From the NCBI GenBank assembly GCA_000146465.1, contig CP001952.1: DNA of 64,000 nt. One strand, given 5' to 3'. Position numbers and translations under genes: made by a program. The notes below the pieces were generated by a model that searched no databases, was not told the origin of the DNA, and saw nothing but the letters and a program-made list of their open reading frames with translations. The number at the start of each line of letters is the position of its first letter. The stretch's first letter is position 1. Below, piece by piece: positions 19,593-31,110 of the stretch.

Positions 19593-21386
19593 ATGTCAAC
19601 AAGAATAGATCCCATACTAGCTGCGTTTATATCTTCCTTTCGTGAACTACCTATTCATGAAAAAGAAGGCAGAATAATAAAAGAGAGACGCAAGATGACT
19701 TCGTCTGCCGAGGCCGAACCACACATAAGGCACTCCAATGTATTGAAGTTCATATATATGAAAATGCTTTCCTATGAAGTAAACGAGATCGACTTCTTAA
19801 ATGCCTGCGAATCAGATATTCTAAGAATAAAGACTGCCGGGTATCTTGGTCTGATGGCCATGGAAAGTGACGAGTATGTTATCATGGCAATAAACACTAT
19901 CATGAAGGACTTGGGAAAAAAGGAAACAAGAAATGACGCATTGACTTCGATTTGCAATCTCAACAATGATGGAATGGCCCTTTCCAATCTCATGGGACAT
20001 GTTTGTCCAAAAGGGAAGGGAGATCCATTCCACAAAAAGGCTCTTGTAGCATTTTTCCGATTGAATCCTGGTGGAAAAATCTCTATTGTAGGTCAAGATC
20101 CATCCGAGGTTTATGTTAAATCCCAGATTCTAATAGATATCTTTGGGAAGACTGGAAAAGTTGATCTGTCTGAAAACGACATATTATTTCTTCTTTCGCT
20201 TTTTATGAAGAGTGATAATCCCTTTCTCCGAATCAAGATTTTACAAGTTTTTGGAATACTCCATTCCAAGAATCAGTTATCTCTGGACAGAGCTTTTCTA
20301 GACACAATCGATGGGGTGATAATCCCTCCTAAAGACAAGGTACGTCCACAGATCGAAATAGCATTGGCCATTGAGGCTGTTGAGTTTCTACTGAAGATTG
20401 GAAAGATCACTCCAAAGGCAGAGGCATTTGTTCTTCGGCTTATAGAGTCACAAAATCCTAACTCAAGATATTTTGGACTCAAGATCGTAAGAAGGTACAA
20501 AATCCATAGAGATATAGCTATAGAATGCTGCATAAAGCTTGGTCTTCACCACGACCAATGCCTTAAAACACTCATCTCTCTTATAACAAGAAACAATCAC
20601 AAAACAATATACAAAAAGAAAGAAGAGATGATATTCTACATGGAGAAGGGAGGAGCAGGCAAAAAAACGGTGAATGATGTATTGGCCACAGTGTTTTCAA
20701 AGCTCTTGCAGTATGTAAAAGACGAACATATGATAAAGATATATCAAGAAGTTCCGGAGATATGCCTGAAAATGCCCTTGGACAAAAACATTCCCAAAGG
20801 TTATATGTTAAAACTATTCAATAGAATCTGTGTGACGGTAAACAGTAGGTATTTTCCTTTGATATACCAACTGCTACAGTCTGGAATGGAAAACGAAGAG
20901 CTTTACACTACAATATTTGAAAGACATCTCAATATTTTATCAGTTAAAAGAAACGGAGGCTGGGAGATCTCCACTTTGATAAGACTACTCGATTGTATGT
21001 TGAACTTCGGATCCTTAACCCATAACCGTAATATACTAATTGCAAAATATAAGGAGATCTTAAAGGAGGAAGATACATCGGATATACTTGACATGTTATT
21101 GAACACAGCATATTTACTCAACACTAAACTTGGAGACTCGATAATCCATGTTGTCTCGGAACATTTTATCTACTTTACTGTTTCCAAGAACTACACCATC
21201 GAGTTTAGGACACCTCCAAGTCTTGAGATAAAACTTCTGGCTGGGAATGGAACGAGCATAGAAAAAGTATATGAAAAGCTTTCTGAAGAAGCTCGGACAA
21301 CCTCTTTTCACATTGAAGAATCCTCCAAGCTGAATCTACAAGTGTTTGTAGGGAATCAGATCCACATATTGAATCTGGAGGTATGA
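19593..21386 (+). CDS. AP complex large subunit (adaptin N-terminal domain protein)
   Basis: IIKERRKMTSSAEAEPHIRHSNVLKFIYMKMLSYEVNEIDFLNACESDILRIKTAGYLGLMAMESDEYVIMAINTIMKDLGKKETRNDALTSICNL fits the adaptin N-terminal consensus (KLxYxxMLGYD...KRIGYL...N.I.KDL). The listed start 19509 is GTG and the first ATG is at 19593. Confidence 0.6.
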   Translation: MSTRIDPILAAFISSFRELPIHEKEGRIIKERRKMTSSAEAEPHIRHSNVLKFIYMKMLSYEVNEIDFLNACESDILRIKTAGYLGLMAMESDEYVIMAINTIMKDLGKKETRNDALTSICNLNNDGMALSNLMGHVCPKGKGDPFHKKALVAFFRLNPGGKISIVGQDPSEVYVKSQILIDIFGKTGKVDLSENDILFLLSLFMKSDNPFLRIKILQVFGILHSKNQLSLDRAFLDTIDGVIIPPKDKVRPQIEIALAIEAVEFLLKIGKITPKAEAFVLRLIESQNPNSRYFGLKIVRRYKIHRDIAIECCIKLGLHHDQCLKTLISLITRNNHKTIYKKKEEMIFYMEKGGAGKKTVNDVLATVFSKLLQYVKDEHMIKIYQEVPEICLKMPLDKNIPKGYMLKLFNRICVTVNSRYFPLIYQLLQSGMENEELYTTIFERHLNILSVKRNGGWEISTLIRLLDCMLNFGSLTHNRNILIAKYKEILKEEDTSDILDMLLNTAYLLNTKLGDSIIHVVSEHFIYFTVSKNYTIEFRTPPSLEIKLLAGNGTSIEKVYEKLSEEARTTSFHIEESSKLNLQVFVGNQIHILNLEV

Positions 21387-21468
21387 GCGGGCATACTAAC
21401 CAAATTTCAAACAAATAGGTTTTCCCAAGATAAAAGGGAAAGATAAGAAACTTTATTAAAGAAAAATA

Positions 21469-22278
21469 CTAATACACGATCCTAAACAGCATCAAAAGCT
21501 CGGAGCCTAGGCTGTGAAGCTCTTCTCCATGAGCATTTTTAATTCTTTCCCTTAAGCTTTGGACTACTTCCTTGGATCTTCTTGGAAGATAGGGACGAAA
21601 CAGATAGTTTTCCTTTATTATCAGGTCCAAAAGGAAATCAAGAGTTATCATTCTTAAATCGTTTGGGAAGAAAAGAGCGTATGGCTTACCTATTCCCTTT
21701 TCCATTATTGTCAGCACTACAGGAAAAAGCTTGTCTCGAATTTGCTCTTTCATCTGTTCATCTTCGTCTGGTCTATTACTGTCTTCGTCAATGTCCATCG
21801 GCTCGACTCCAGTGTAGATCTTTAAAATCTTAAATTTGAGATCTTCATATGCCAGGTCGTGTACAAGAATAGACGCAATGTTGTAGCATTTAGACTTGAG
21901 ATGGAAGGCCTTGTCGTCAGTCAGTATCACAGGATGAACTTGCTTAGATGCAAAGTTCAAAATCTCATCATCGTTGTTCTTTGTGTTCTGTATCAACTTG
22001 GTGGTGTCCACAAGATCCATTGTACTGTCTTTCAATCTTCCCTCTAGCTCGGTTATTGGAGCATTATATACCTTCTCCAGAAATCTTATGGCCTCTCTGG
22101 CCTCCACCTTCTTTTTCTTGTTATAGTCCAACTCTCTTAGGACAACTTTCGATATAGACATAATAACATCTACAGGAAACTCGTCTTCATAGAGTCTCTT
22201 GATTACTTCCAGATGTGATATAAAAACATTTGTGTCTGGAACAATGGAGATCCTCAGCATTAAAGGGTACGGAAACAT
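21469..22278 (-). CDS. PIN-domain protein (putative ribonuclease)
   Basis: N-terminal IVPDTNVFISHLEVIKRL with later acidic residues is PIN-domain-like. Confidence 0.55.
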   Translation of the reverse strand: MFPYPLMLRISIVPDTNVFISHLEVIKRLYEDEFPVDVIMSISKVVLRELDYNKKKKVEAREAIRFLEKVYNAPITELEGRLKDSTMDLVDTTKLIQNTKNNDDEILNFASKQVHPVILTDDKAFHLKSKCYNIASILVHDLAYEDLKFKILKIYTGVEPMDIDEDSNRPDEDEQMKEQIRDKLFPVVLTIMEKGIGKPYALFFPNDLRMITLDFLLDLIIKENYLFRPYLPRRSKEVVQSLRERIKNAHGEELHSLGSELLMLFRIVY

Positions 22279-22315
22279 AAAACAAAGAGTCTTTCGTCTA
22301 TTTTTAAATTATCTT

Positions 22316-23056
22316 TCAAGACTTATCCATAATCTCTTTATATGTTTTTTCTTTGGCTGAGGATGATAGCATACTGTGGAAGCCACAAAAAGGGCATTTC
22401 TCCCATGCAGATCTACACTTCAACATACTGTTGCAATTACTGCATCTAATGACACTCTTGATTTCCTGCCCTGGGTAAAGAAGCTCCATTTCAAGAATAT
22501 GTTCAACCTTCTTGTTAATAGTGGAGGTATCCCCTATTGGCTTTGAGCATATGGGACAAGTGTAAGTCTCTCTTATGAATTCATCAAAGCATCTTTGATG
22601 CAAAGAATGGCCACACCTAAGGAGAACTAGAACCTCCATGCACCCAAGCATATCTTCTGCACATATGGGGCAGTTTCCAGAAGTGGTATTTTCCACGTGA
22701 ATATGGTTTTTTGATCCTGTGGCTATAAGGCATGTCTGACATATATCACAGTGAAAAGCAACTTTAGGATCTCCCTTTCTGCATGCACTACACTTGTCGC
22801 AATGAAATATTTGGTCCCCAGAGCTGTCCCACAGGTTGCACTTGGAGCAGAAGTACTTAGATACGACCGAAAGACACTGCGAACAGGATTGTGTTTTTGG
22901 CTGTAATAGGTTACAGACAGTACATACCATGTGACTAATTTCATATCTGTTCGCCTTATGTTTCTCGGCATTGTCATGGCATAGTCTACATGGATATAGG
23001 TTTAAGCAGCATTCGAATCTAATTAAACAGGCATTTGAATAGTGTTGGCAAGGCAT
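22316..23056 (-). CDS. RCHY1: CHY/RING/zinc-ribbon E3 ubiquitin ligase (Pirh2/RCHY1-like)
   Basis: CHY zinc finger (CQHYSNACLIRFECCLNLYPCRLCHD...), a CTCHY region, RING (CPICAEDM...CGHSLHQRCFDEF...CPICSK) and a C-terminal zinc ribbon. Confidence 0.8.
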   Translation of the reverse strand: MPCQHYSNACLIRFECCLNLYPCRLCHDNAEKHKANRYEISHMVCTVCNLLQPKTQSCSQCLSVVSKYFCSKCNLWDSSGDQIFHCDKCSACRKGDPKVAFHCDICQTCLIATGSKNHIHVENTTSGNCPICAEDMLGCMEVLVLLRCGHSLHQRCFDEFIRETYTCPICSKPIGDTSTINKKVEHILEMELLYPGQEIKSVIRCSNCNSMLKCRSAWEKCPFCGFHSMLSSSAKEKTYKEIMDKS

Positions 23057-23138
23057 AAAAGTTATCTTTTACTCTTTAGATTTATTCCATAGATGAGACA
23101 TGTTTTAGGTAAGAAATGGGAAATTGCTTGGCCCTGCC

Positions 23139-24227
23139 ATGGGAAAGTTTGAACTATTCGATTTAGGATTTGAAGGAACAACAGTTAGAGATTGCCTTCG
23201 GTTTCAAAAAGAAAAGACTAATGACGTAATATTCTTTGATGATAATGGGATCTATGGATCCACATATTCTGGATATTCGGGCTTGAAGAACAGCAAATAT
23301 ATCAAGAATTGTATTCTTAATAAGGGAAGCGGGGAGTCCAAGCTCCTGCTTGAAGCGTTTCCTGCAGTATTTCGTCCTACAGATAAACATATGCCAAAGT
23401 TGAAGGAAACAGGGATGGCAGAATTTCTTACCTTAATAGAGATAAAGAAACATTTCTATATCGATTCTTCTGGAAAAGCACACCAAATACCTTATACTAG
23501 AACAGAGATTGCAGACTCAGATGTCTTAAGTCTTCGAGAAAAGCTTTTGATTGGGAAAACACTTAGGGGTGGAATGGCTCCAAATGAGCTTTATACTTTA
23601 TTATCTGAAAAGTCAAGAGAGATATTAATTAATGGGATTATTGGTGAAGATAGAGATTACCTTGAAAAAATGTACAGGTACATAAGGAACTTTGGGAACA
23701 CACCATTCCTGTATCCTCAGTATGGTTTCAAGGAAATATCAGAGATGTTCTCAAGATCCAATTCAATGTGTGGAGCCGGATATGTCCTTGACAGTGCACT
23801 AAAGGTTACCGGCAGAACTAGAGAATCGCTGGGCATGTTCTCTCCCGAAGAAAATGACGGAGAGGAGATTCCTTCGGAGTACATGCACAGAATCGACACT
23901 ACCTATGGAACAATTTTTACAAAGAGGATCATAAGAGCTAAGAATGAGAAGCTAACAGGATATGTAAGAGTTATTAATACCAGAAGACCAACACTTGGAA
24001 AAACCTTTTTTGCTCTTGCATTAAGAGAAACTCTGATGAAGGTAATTGGGTTAAATTCTGACACTGACTGCTGTCCAGAAGGAACCTATCTTATATACAT
24101 TATCAAAAAGGACAAACCTGTGGATGAAGAAGATCTTAAACTTCTTCATATGGAAGAAAAGGACATAATTGAAGATATCTCATATCAAACAAAATTTTCT
24201 TTTGAATCCGATTCTTTGGATGGATGA
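23139..24227 (+). CDS. GDI1: Rab GDP-dissociation inhibitor (short, divergent)
   Basis: RNFGNTPFLYPQYGFKEISEMFSRSNSMCGAGYVLDSAL aligns with GDI [39 protein letters not shown]. The listed start is TTG and the first ATG is at 23139. Confidence 0.65.
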   Translation: MGKFELFDLGFEGTTVRDCLRFQKEKTNDVIFFDDNGIYGSTYSGYSGLKNSKYIKNCILNKGSGESKLLLEAFPAVFRPTDKHMPKLKETGMAEFLTLIEIKKHFYIDSSGKAHQIPYTRTEIADSDVLSLREKLLIGKTLRGGMAPNELYTLLSEKSREILINGIIGEDRDYLEKMYRYIRNFGNTPFLYPQYGFKEISEMFSRSNSMCGAGYVLDSALKVTGRTRESLGMFSPEENDGEEIPSEYMHRIDTTYGTIFTKRIIRAKNEKLTGYVRVINTRRPTLGKTFFALALRETLMKVIGLNSDTDCCPEGTYLIYIIKKDKPVDEEDLKLLHMEEKDIIEDISYQTKFSFESDSLDG

Positions 24228-24267
24228 TCTTCCTGTACCGGATAAAAACCATAAATTTGAATGTATT

Positions 24268-24582
24268 TTACTGTTTATTCCAATCTTCTTTATGCCTGTT
24301 TAGCCATATAAAATGTTGCTGTTCACCCAAAGTCGAAAAAAAACTTTCATTGTTCAATATACTGTTAACATTTTTGCTGTTTAGATACTCTAAAATCACC
24401 AAACATTGAGGATAAGCCAGAAATCTTGAATATTTTGGTGATTTCCAATATTCTAGATACTTCAGGTAGCTTCTGAACTCTTCAGATTCAAAGTAGCCTT
24501 CTCGAGCTAGCCACCGGAGGTATTCGGGATTACAAAGAAGCTGGACAAATTCCAACTCTCTTTCAAATCTTGAACCTCCCAT
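24268..24582 (-). CDS. MED31: Mediator complex subunit Med31 (Soh1)
   Basis: [62 protein letters not shown] is near-identical in pattern to Med31. First ATG at 24582. Confidence 0.8.
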   Translation of the reverse strand: MGGSRFERELEFVQLLCNPEYLRWLAREGYFESEEFRSYLKYLEYWKSPKYSRFLAYPQCLVILEYLNSKNVNSILNNESFFSTLGEQQHFIWLNRHKEDWNKQ

Positions 24583-24595
24583 GGGGATAAATGAA

Positions 24596-27500
24596 TCATT
24601 CAATATGAAGTCTAGGAAGAATGTTCATAGATATGAGTTCTTGGAACAGAAGCTTACAAGCATATGGCATCTTTATCTTTGCTGGCTTTGTGTTCTTACA
24701 AGCAACACAGCAGCCCTTGAAGGCTAGTACTCCACACGGTTTGCATACATAGGCTTCAAACATATCCGAAGATATCATTAGTCTTTCTATAATCAGAGAA
24801 GACGCTCCATATCCTATTAAACAATCGCGCTCCATTTCTCCCAGCTTAAGACCTCCGTCTTTGCTTCTACCCTCTGTTGGCTGTCTCGTGAGTATTGCCC
24901 GGGGTCCCCGTGCTCTCATGTGGATCTTGTCTGCTACCATGTGCTTAAGTCTCTGATAAAATACTGGCCCAAAGAATATGTATGCAGTTAAAGGAGCACC
25001 AGTCGTCCCACTTGTAAAACAATCTTTTCCAGAGTAACTGAATCCGTGCTTGGCCAGAAGCTCGCATGTTTGCTCAACTGAGTTTTCTTTGAATGCAGTA
25101 CTATCAAGTATTTGCCCTGACAACACTCCAGCCTTCCCAGAAATAAGCTCTATTATTTTTCCAACAGTCATTCTAGATGGAAATCCATGAGGATTCATAA
25201 TGATATCTGGAGAGATACCCTGATCATTGAACGGCATATCTTCTTGCCCAACAATCAAACCTACAACCCCTTTCTGTCCATGCCTACTGCTGAACTTATC
25301 TCCGATCTCTGGAGGCCTTGTTTGGCGTAGCATAGTTTTTATGAGAATCTGATCCTGAGATTTGGTGATGAGAACCTTATCAATATACGCAGGGTCTCCT
25401 CGATGAACTTTACCTGTGAATTTATACACTCCTTCCACTGGCGACATCTTATTCACATATACAGTCCCATCTCTTATCATCTTTCCAGGCTTTCCCAATC
25501 CATCATCATCTAAGACACTTTCCTTTGGATTTGGCCCGAGGATATCAGACAAACCATTACTGTGCTTTTTCAACAAAGTCGTAATTGTTTTATATACTTC
25601 TACTCTGAAAAGACCTCTTTCAATCGACGTCTTGTTCAAGACAAGAGCATCTTCTATATCGTATCCGGAGTAGCTCATAACAGCGACCATTGCATTTTGT
25701 CCTGCAGGTATTTCATTGTAATTTATAAGATCTAGAATCTTGGTAGACACCATGGGCCGATGAGTGTATGTGAGTTGTAGAATCACAGGATCAAACCTCT
25801 TCTTAACATTCAGGGATATGTGTCCAATGGCCTGCTTTCCCATGGCACATTGGTATGTGTTCCTGGGACTTTGATTGTGATGGGGAAATGGCACTAGACC
25901 AGCTACATATCCTAGAATCGCAAACTCAGAAATCTCAAGATGTGTTGTTTCTTCGACTATGTCTTCAGGCCTAAGCGCCACAAGACAGTCGTTCTCTTCA
26001 TTAACATCAAGGTATTCAACAAAGCCCTCCTCTAAAAGATCAGAAAATGACTTGTACTTGAGATAGCAATCAAAAAAGGATCTCTCGCTTCCCATCTCTA
26101 TTTTCTCTGAAATATTCAAGGCCTCGAGATACTTGTCAACTTGGTTTGAAATTATCATCTGATTTATCCTTCCTTTGTCGATCACAACTAGTGGACGGCA
26201 CACTCGGCCATTATCAGAAGCTACGTGGATAACCTTTTCAGCTGGTACCCTGTAAATGGATACAAACTTTCCAATAAGTCCTTTTCTTCTGTTTAGCCTG
26301 AATTGCTCTATAAGAAAGCCCGCTTTGTTGGTGATCCCAACGATATCCCCGTTTAGAAACACAGAAAACATATCTTTCTGATGTATCTCTCTTGTATAGA
26401 CAGAGTTAATATCAACAACTCCAAGTCTGAACATTAGATCCAGCACTGGTCTTGTATCGGAGTTGGTTGTTATTTCCGCCAGCAAAGCAAGATTCTTCAC
26501 AAGACCACATGACTCTCCTTCGGGTGTGTCAACAGGGCAAAGCATCCCCCAAGATGACGTATGAAGAGATCGAGGACCACTCACCTTCCTTGTTTTTTCA
26601 AAATGAGAGTTTATCTTTGTCATCATCCCCAATGCAGATATGTAGGAATGCCTTGACAAAACGTGCGTTACCCCGCTTCTTTCCATCCTGAACCTCTTTA
26701 GATTCCAGTTTCCTGTTGAAATTGCCCTCGAAAGAGTGGATGTAATCATATTGGCCTGCAGGTTCAGAAATGTCAATGCATCGAACTCTTGTGCTCTGGA
26801 TCTTTTGCTCAATATCTTATCTATCGATTTCTTTAACTCAAAGTTAAATCTTTTGAATGTGTCTTCAAAAAGGATCGATAATAGCTGTCCAGCCAGCTCA
26901 AACCTCTTGTTCCCAACGAAATCTTTATCATCCTCCTTGAGTATGTTGAGTTTTGTTTGTACAAGCCTTCGGATCATTAGTGCTATGTAAATCCCTTTTT
27001 TCCTTAGATTACAACCTTCTGTCTGAACATTTGGCAATACTTTTTCAGACAGTATAGTCAGAACCTCTTCTATTCTATTGTCCTCTGGTTTTAACTTTAT
27101 ATAGTTGCTCATGTAAAGGAGAGCCTGGTCCTTAGTAAACACCTCCTTTGATATACACTCTCCAAAGCTAGGGACTATAATCTCAAAATACTCTTTTCCA
27201 ATGCACTCCGCTATTTCCTTATCCTGTGTCAACCCAAGAGCTTTCATTGCGATTATTGCCGGGATCTCTTCGTTGAACATCGAACTCTTCAAGTAGTAGC
27301 AATCATCCTTGATGGTTACGGACGTCTTGCTCTTGTGTTCATCCGTGGAAGATGTAACAGAAGCAAATAGCCCTTTTGGCCCGGACTCGATAATGATCCT
27401 GTTCTTTGAAAGTTGTTCTTGTATTAATATCACTCTTTCAATTCCTCTAATAATAAAATAGCCTCCAACATCCAACGGACATTCCTGAGATTCTCGGATC

Positions 27501-27928
27501 TTCCTGTCTCTGGTTTTGTTACTTTCTATTATGCCCTTTGCTTCCTTTCTTAGATGGCATCTGCTACTTCGCAGCATCACAGGCATTTTTCCAATGCAAA
27601 TATCCCTTTTAACAATGATTTGTCTGTTTCTGACATACTCTATGTCAACATAGATATTCGCAGAATATGTCATGTCTCTTAGCCTGCACTCTATCGGAAA
27701 CACATCGTAGTTAACCATGTTTTCCTCTATACTTGGCATTCCAACACGAATGTCCAGATATTTGAGATAAAACGTATGATCGATGTCTGAATCGACAATC
27801 TGGTTTGCTCTTACAAGAGCCTTTATTTCATGGTCTACAAAGTAATCGTACGACTCTATATGCTGTCTTACAAGTCCCTTTTCCTTAAAAAAAAGCTTTA
27901 TCAGCTCGAGTCTTTGATCTTCCTTCAT
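24596..27928 (-). CDS. RPC2: DNA-directed RNA polymerase III second-largest subunit (RPC2/Ret1)
   Basis: [64 protein letters not shown] and [15 protein letters not shown]. The GYDIEDA and CAMGKQAIG variants match Pol III Ret1 rather than Rpb2 (GYNQEDS). C-terminal Zn ribbon CKPCG...C..C. Confidence 0.9.
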   Translation of the reverse strand: MKEDQRLELIKLFFKEKGLVRQHIESYDYFVDHEIKALVRANQIVDSDIDHTFYLKYLDIRVGMPSIEENMVNYDVFPIECRLRDMTYSANIYVDIEYVRNRQIIVKRDICIGKMPVMLRSSRCHLRKEAKGIIESNKTRDRKIRESQECPLDVGGYFIIRGIERVILIQEQLSKNRIIIESGPKGLFASVTSSTDEHKSKTSVTIKDDCYYLKSSMFNEEIPAIIAMKALGLTQDKEIAECIGKEYFEIIVPSFGECISKEVFTKDQALLYMSNYIKLKPEDNRIEEVLTILSEKVLPNVQTEGCNLRKKGIYIALMIRRLVQTKLNILKEDDKDFVGNKRFELAGQLLSILFEDTFKRFNFELKKSIDKILSKRSRAQEFDALTFLNLQANMITSTLSRAISTGNWNLKRFRMERSGVTHVLSRHSYISALGMMTKINSHFEKTRKVSGPRSLHTSSWGMLCPVDTPEGESCGLVKNLALLAEITTNSDTRPVLDLMFRLGVVDINSVYTREIHQKDMFSVFLNGDIVGITNKAGFLIEQFRLNRRKGLIGKFVSIYRVPAEKVIHVASDNGRVCRPLVVIDKGRINQMIISNQVDKYLEALNISEKIEMGSERSFFDCYLKYKSFSDLLEEGFVEYLDVNEENDCLVALRPEDIVEETTHLEISEFAILGYVAGLVPFPHHNQSPRNTYQCAMGKQAIGHISLNVKKRFDPVILQLTYTHRPMVSTKILDLINYNEIPAGQNAMVAVMSYSGYDIEDALVLNKTSIERGLFRVEVYKTITTLLKKHSNGLSDILGPNPKESVLDDDGLGKPGKMIRDGTVYVNKMSPVEGVYKFTGKVHRGDPAYIDKVLITKSQDQILIKTMLRQTRPPEIGDKFSSRHGQKGVVGLIVGQEDMPFNDQGISPDIIMNPHGFPSRMTVGKIIELISGKAGVLSGQILDSTAFKENSVEQTCELLAKHGFSYSGKDCFTSGTTGAPLTAYIFFGPVFYQRLKHMVADKIHMRARGPRAILTRQPTEGRSKDGGLKLGEMERDCLIGYGASSLIIERLMISSDMFEAYVCKPCGVLAFKGCCVACKNTKPAKIKMPYACKLLFQELISMNILPRLHIE

Positions 27929-28049
27929 CTAGGATGAACGCCAAAAATTTTACTGGATATAGATTGTGGAGAACACGAATTTACATCCGAGTCATTGCTA
28001 AGACCAAGCCAAATGTCGGATATTTGTTTTGTAAACACAAGCCCAGAAG

Positions 28050-28283
28050 ATGCAAATAAAAGTTAAGACAATAGCTGGAAGAGACTTAGAGCTTACTGTT
28101 GATCCTGAGGACACTGTTCTAGATCTGAAGCAAAAAATAGAGAGCATCGAGTTGATCCCTGTAGAGCAGCAGAGGCTTGTAAGCAATGGGAGGATATTGA
28201 TGAAGGAAAAAGACACACTTGCCAGCTTGAATATAATTTCTGGGAATGTTGTCCACATGGTGTTGGCCCTTAGGGGAGGATAG
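28050..28283 (+). CDS. NEDD8: NEDD8/Rub1 ubiquitin-like modifier
   Basis: MQIKVKTIAGRDLELTVDPEDTV...EQQRLVSNGRILMKEKDTLASLNIISGNVVHMVLALRGG. The terminal LALRGG and the LIK/VKT pattern are NEDD8-like. Confidence 0.8.
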   Translation: MQIKVKTIAGRDLELTVDPEDTVLDLKQKIESIELIPVEQQRLVSNGRILMKEKDTLASLNIISGNVVHMVLALRGG

Positions 28284-28393
28284 AGGATACGCCTGCTCCT
28301 CTATACGGTATTAGGAATGCAAAATAAACTTTAAATTGAGTTTAAAATGTGGAATCTGATAGCATATGCAGTGGGCTGTTTCCGGCAAAACTC

Positions 28394-28474
28394 TGGTGCA
28401 AGAGGGATTTGAACCCCCGCCTCAATGAGACTGGAGCCTAATTCCAGCGCCTTAGACCGCTCGGCCATTGCACC
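28394..28474 (-). tRNA. tRNA-Leu (anticodon UAG), type II with long variable arm
   Basis: Reverse complement reads GGTGCAATGGCCGAGCGGTCTAAGGCGCTGGAATTAGGCTCCAGTCTCATTGAGGCGGGGGTTCAAATCCCTCTTGCACCA. It has a 7-bp acceptor stem, a Leu-type D arm, anticodon loop ATTAGGC, a long extra arm and a GGTTCAAATCC T-arm. Coordinates ±2 nt. Confidence 0.85.
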
Positions 28475-28561
28475 TTCTTAGCAACGAAAACATTCCCAAT
28501 AGACAAAGATAAAATCGGCAGATGGAAGTGTAACATTTGTTTTCTACAGATACCTCCATAA

Positions 28562-28945
28562 ATGGGAGAGAAGATGGCTGAAGGAGCCTGGATTTCTAGA
28601 CTAGATTTTGAGGAGGAGTCCACAAGCAAGCCGTATTTTTCCCTGGACATTATGAGATGTAAGATATGTCTTGAGGTTTTCTATGTGAAGCACCATGAAA
28701 GTCATCCATGTTTTTCAAAGAACACGGTTGAACAGCACCACCAAAAGGAAGAGGACAGAGATCTATTGGAAGAATCTTCCAAAAGTGAGGAGAAAATAGT
28801 AGACATGCCTGACCATATTTTTCAAAATCACGAGGACAGACATCTGGAAGAGGCTCTCAACATAAAACCTGTGGTTAAGAAAGTCTGGAGGTTATCGTAT
28901 GTGATGTTACTCGAAAGGGAAAACCTGTTTTGGATGGACGGATAG
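28562..28945 (+). CDS. Hypothetical His/Cys-rich small protein (127 aa)
   Basis: ATG ORF in the spacer between tRNA-Leu and the next gene. Contains RCKICLEVFYVKHHESHPC. No family recognised. Confidence 0.35.
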   Translation: MGEKMAEGAWISRLDFEEESTSKPYFSLDIMRCKICLEVFYVKHHESHPCFSKNTVEQHHQKEEDRDLLEESSKSEEKIVDMPDHIFQNHEDRHLEEALNIKPVVKKVWRLSYVMLLERENLFWMDG

Positions 28946-29007
28946 AGATGAAGAAGAAAAAAATGTTCATGTGCTCATCTCAAAAAAACAATGTAGTATA
29001 GCCCATT

Positions 29008-31080
29008 ATGGATAAGGCATTGTCTCAGCTATCGGAGACGCTTCGGCATCCAAGTGATCTACAAACAAAGCTAGAGAGTATCGAAAGGTCCACCAGAGAA
29101 ACATACGAACGCCATGACCAGAATCTTACAGGAATGATCTCCAGGTGTTATTCTAGCATACTGAACATATCAAAGAGGATATATGCACTGGAAGAGCACC
29201 TTAAAGACTTTGTAGAAAACAAAGACAGAAATGTACGGGTTCTAGAGGACTTTTTTTCTCTTGTGAAAGACTATAGATCTGTAAAGATGATATGCTTAGC
29301 ACATTCAAACTTATGCCGAGTAATTGAGTTTTCCGACAAGCTAAAGGGCATAGAGGATCCTGTGGAATCAGAGGACATTGTTGCATACCACACCAAAGTA
29401 TATGACTCCGAGGATTTTGGATGCCAATTAGACATGTATAACGCCGGGATATCGCACGACGACTATATCGAAGTCAATAAGGCACTAAACACAATAGAAA
29501 AAAACTCATTAGATTTTACTGCAAAAGTTCTTGAGGTTTGCGAAGAGTTCATTGAAAACCACGAGATTATGGGTAAGATAGTTCAGATTGTCGAGAAGGA
29601 AGAGTCTCGGGACGAATTAACGAGAAAAGTTCAAAAGGGCGAAAAGAGTGACGATCCAGTGCTCAAGGAGCTCTACCGAATGTATAAAATGTATGCAACA
29701 AGAAAGCCAAAAATGTTAAAAGATAAGGTAGTTAAGTCTATTAAGGTATCTGTGAAGACTAAGTTCGATAAGCTAGAAAACGAAGAGATATTTGTGAACA
29801 AGATGGATTTTGTATTGAACGACCTGTCATTTATCAAGGAGAACATAAAGCTAAGCTTCTATCCATTTGATGACATTCTTATGCTGTACCACAATAACCT
29901 GAAGGACTTCCTTGACAGGAATACAGAAAGGCTAGACGCCGGAGAAATACTAGCTATTGTAGAATATGTTGGAAACTACTACGATACTATTGAATCTAAA
30001 TTCAATAAGATAGCCGATGCATTGGGGAAAAGGCTTTTGGGAAACGAGACAGAACTCCTTGAGAAGTATACAAGGACGGCACAGGAAAAGCTGAGGGAAT
30101 GGATTATGAACATAAGCAAGATTGAGGTTGAGAAGTTTTATGCCAGAAGTGAAGAGCTTGCCAGAGACGAAGAAGACAAGCTTGTGAGTCCTGGGTTTGT
30201 CAGCCTCCTTCAAATAATAAGGATGCAGCTTGAGCCTATTGCATTCAACAATAGAATATTCGCACACATAACAAGGACAATTACAAAATATTGTGAAATG
30301 TTTAAGGAACATCTTGTTGAAGCAATGGATAAGGACTTTAAGCCATCTTGTGAAATGAATAGTAAGGTTGGATACGAAGATTTCTGCATTATGTTTGGAA
30401 ACAGTGGTCTTAAGATAGCCCAGTACATCACGTCTTTGCCATCATACCATAACGATGAAGTTAAGGAGCTAGGTGATATATTCATCGATATCTTAAAAGC
30501 TTCCAACACATTTCTGTCTGAGTTTATTATATACTCATGCCAGCCTGCAATCGATAAGATATTCACAGATGAATGGTACAGGGGGAACATTACAAAGATT
30601 GTGGTTTTAACTTTGCAGGATTTTCTTTCCGACTACCAGAACACCATGAGCGAGTACTCCTTTGTTACATTTATTCACGAGCTTTCAACATCTATTGTAT
30701 TAGCTTACATGAAACAATTGGGGAGAAAGCGAGCCACCATAGCTGAGGAATGCAACAAGGTTTTGAAGTCGGATCATACAAAATTGTATGAGCTGCTTAG
30801 TGGGTACGGAGATAAGGAAGATGTAAAGACCTGTCTTTCTCCAATTCTCAAGGTCATTCCGTTGATGGATACAAGAAACGACGATCTCTTCATTGTAGAA
30901 GTGAAATCTTTGAAGCTTATATATCCGGACATCAAAAGGAGTTTTATCAAAACAATTATAAAGAAAAGGCAAGACCTCACCGAGGATCAAAAGAAGACAC
31001 TCACAGACAGACTTAAGGAATGCTTTGTGGAAGAGGCTAGCAAGGAAAAGACGATTTTCTCTCGCTTGCTCAATCTGTAG
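29008..31080 (+). CDS. Large helical protein, possibly CATCHR-family tethering/exocyst subunit (Sec6/Exo70-like)
   Basis: 690-aa all-helical protein with an N-terminal coiled coil. The family assignment is only suggestive. Confidence 0.4.
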   Translation: MDKALSQLSETLRHPSDLQTKLESIERSTRETYERHDQNLTGMISRCYSSILNISKRIYALEEHLKDFVENKDRNVRVLEDFFSLVKDYRSVKMICLAHSNLCRVIEFSDKLKGIEDPVESEDIVAYHTKVYDSEDFGCQLDMYNAGISHDDYIEVNKALNTIEKNSLDFTAKVLEVCEEFIENHEIMGKIVQIVEKEESRDELTRKVQKGEKSDDPVLKELYRMYKMYATRKPKMLKDKVVKSIKVSVKTKFDKLENEEIFVNKMDFVLNDLSFIKENIKLSFYPFDDILMLYHNNLKDFLDRNTERLDAGEILAIVEYVGNYYDTIESKFNKIADALGKRLLGNETELLEKYTRTAQEKLREWIMNISKIEVEKFYARSEELARDEEDKLVSPGFVSLLQIIRMQLEPIAFNNRIFAHITRTITKYCEMFKEHLVEAMDKDFKPSCEMNSKVGYEDFCIMFGNSGLKIAQYITSLPSYHNDEVKELGDIFIDILKASNTFLSEFIIYSCQPAIDKIFTDEWYRGNITKIVVLTLQDFLSDYQNTMSEYSFVTFIHELSTSIVLAYMKQLGRKRATIAEECNKVLKSDHTKLYELLSGYGDKEDVKTCLSPILKVIPLMDTRNDDLFIVEVKSLKLIYPDIKRSFIKTIIKKRQDLTEDQKKTLTDRLKECFVEEASKEKTIFSRLLNL

Positions 31081-31110
31081 ATAAATGAATTTTCCAAGAC
31101 AAAATCCGTT

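Noticed and set aside
24596-27928. Initial reading of the 1110-aa polymerase subunit as Rpb2 (Pol II)
   Set aside because: Active-site-proximal motifs ([25 protein letters not shown]) match the Pol III subunit Ret1/RPC2 rather than Rpb2, so it is called RPC2.
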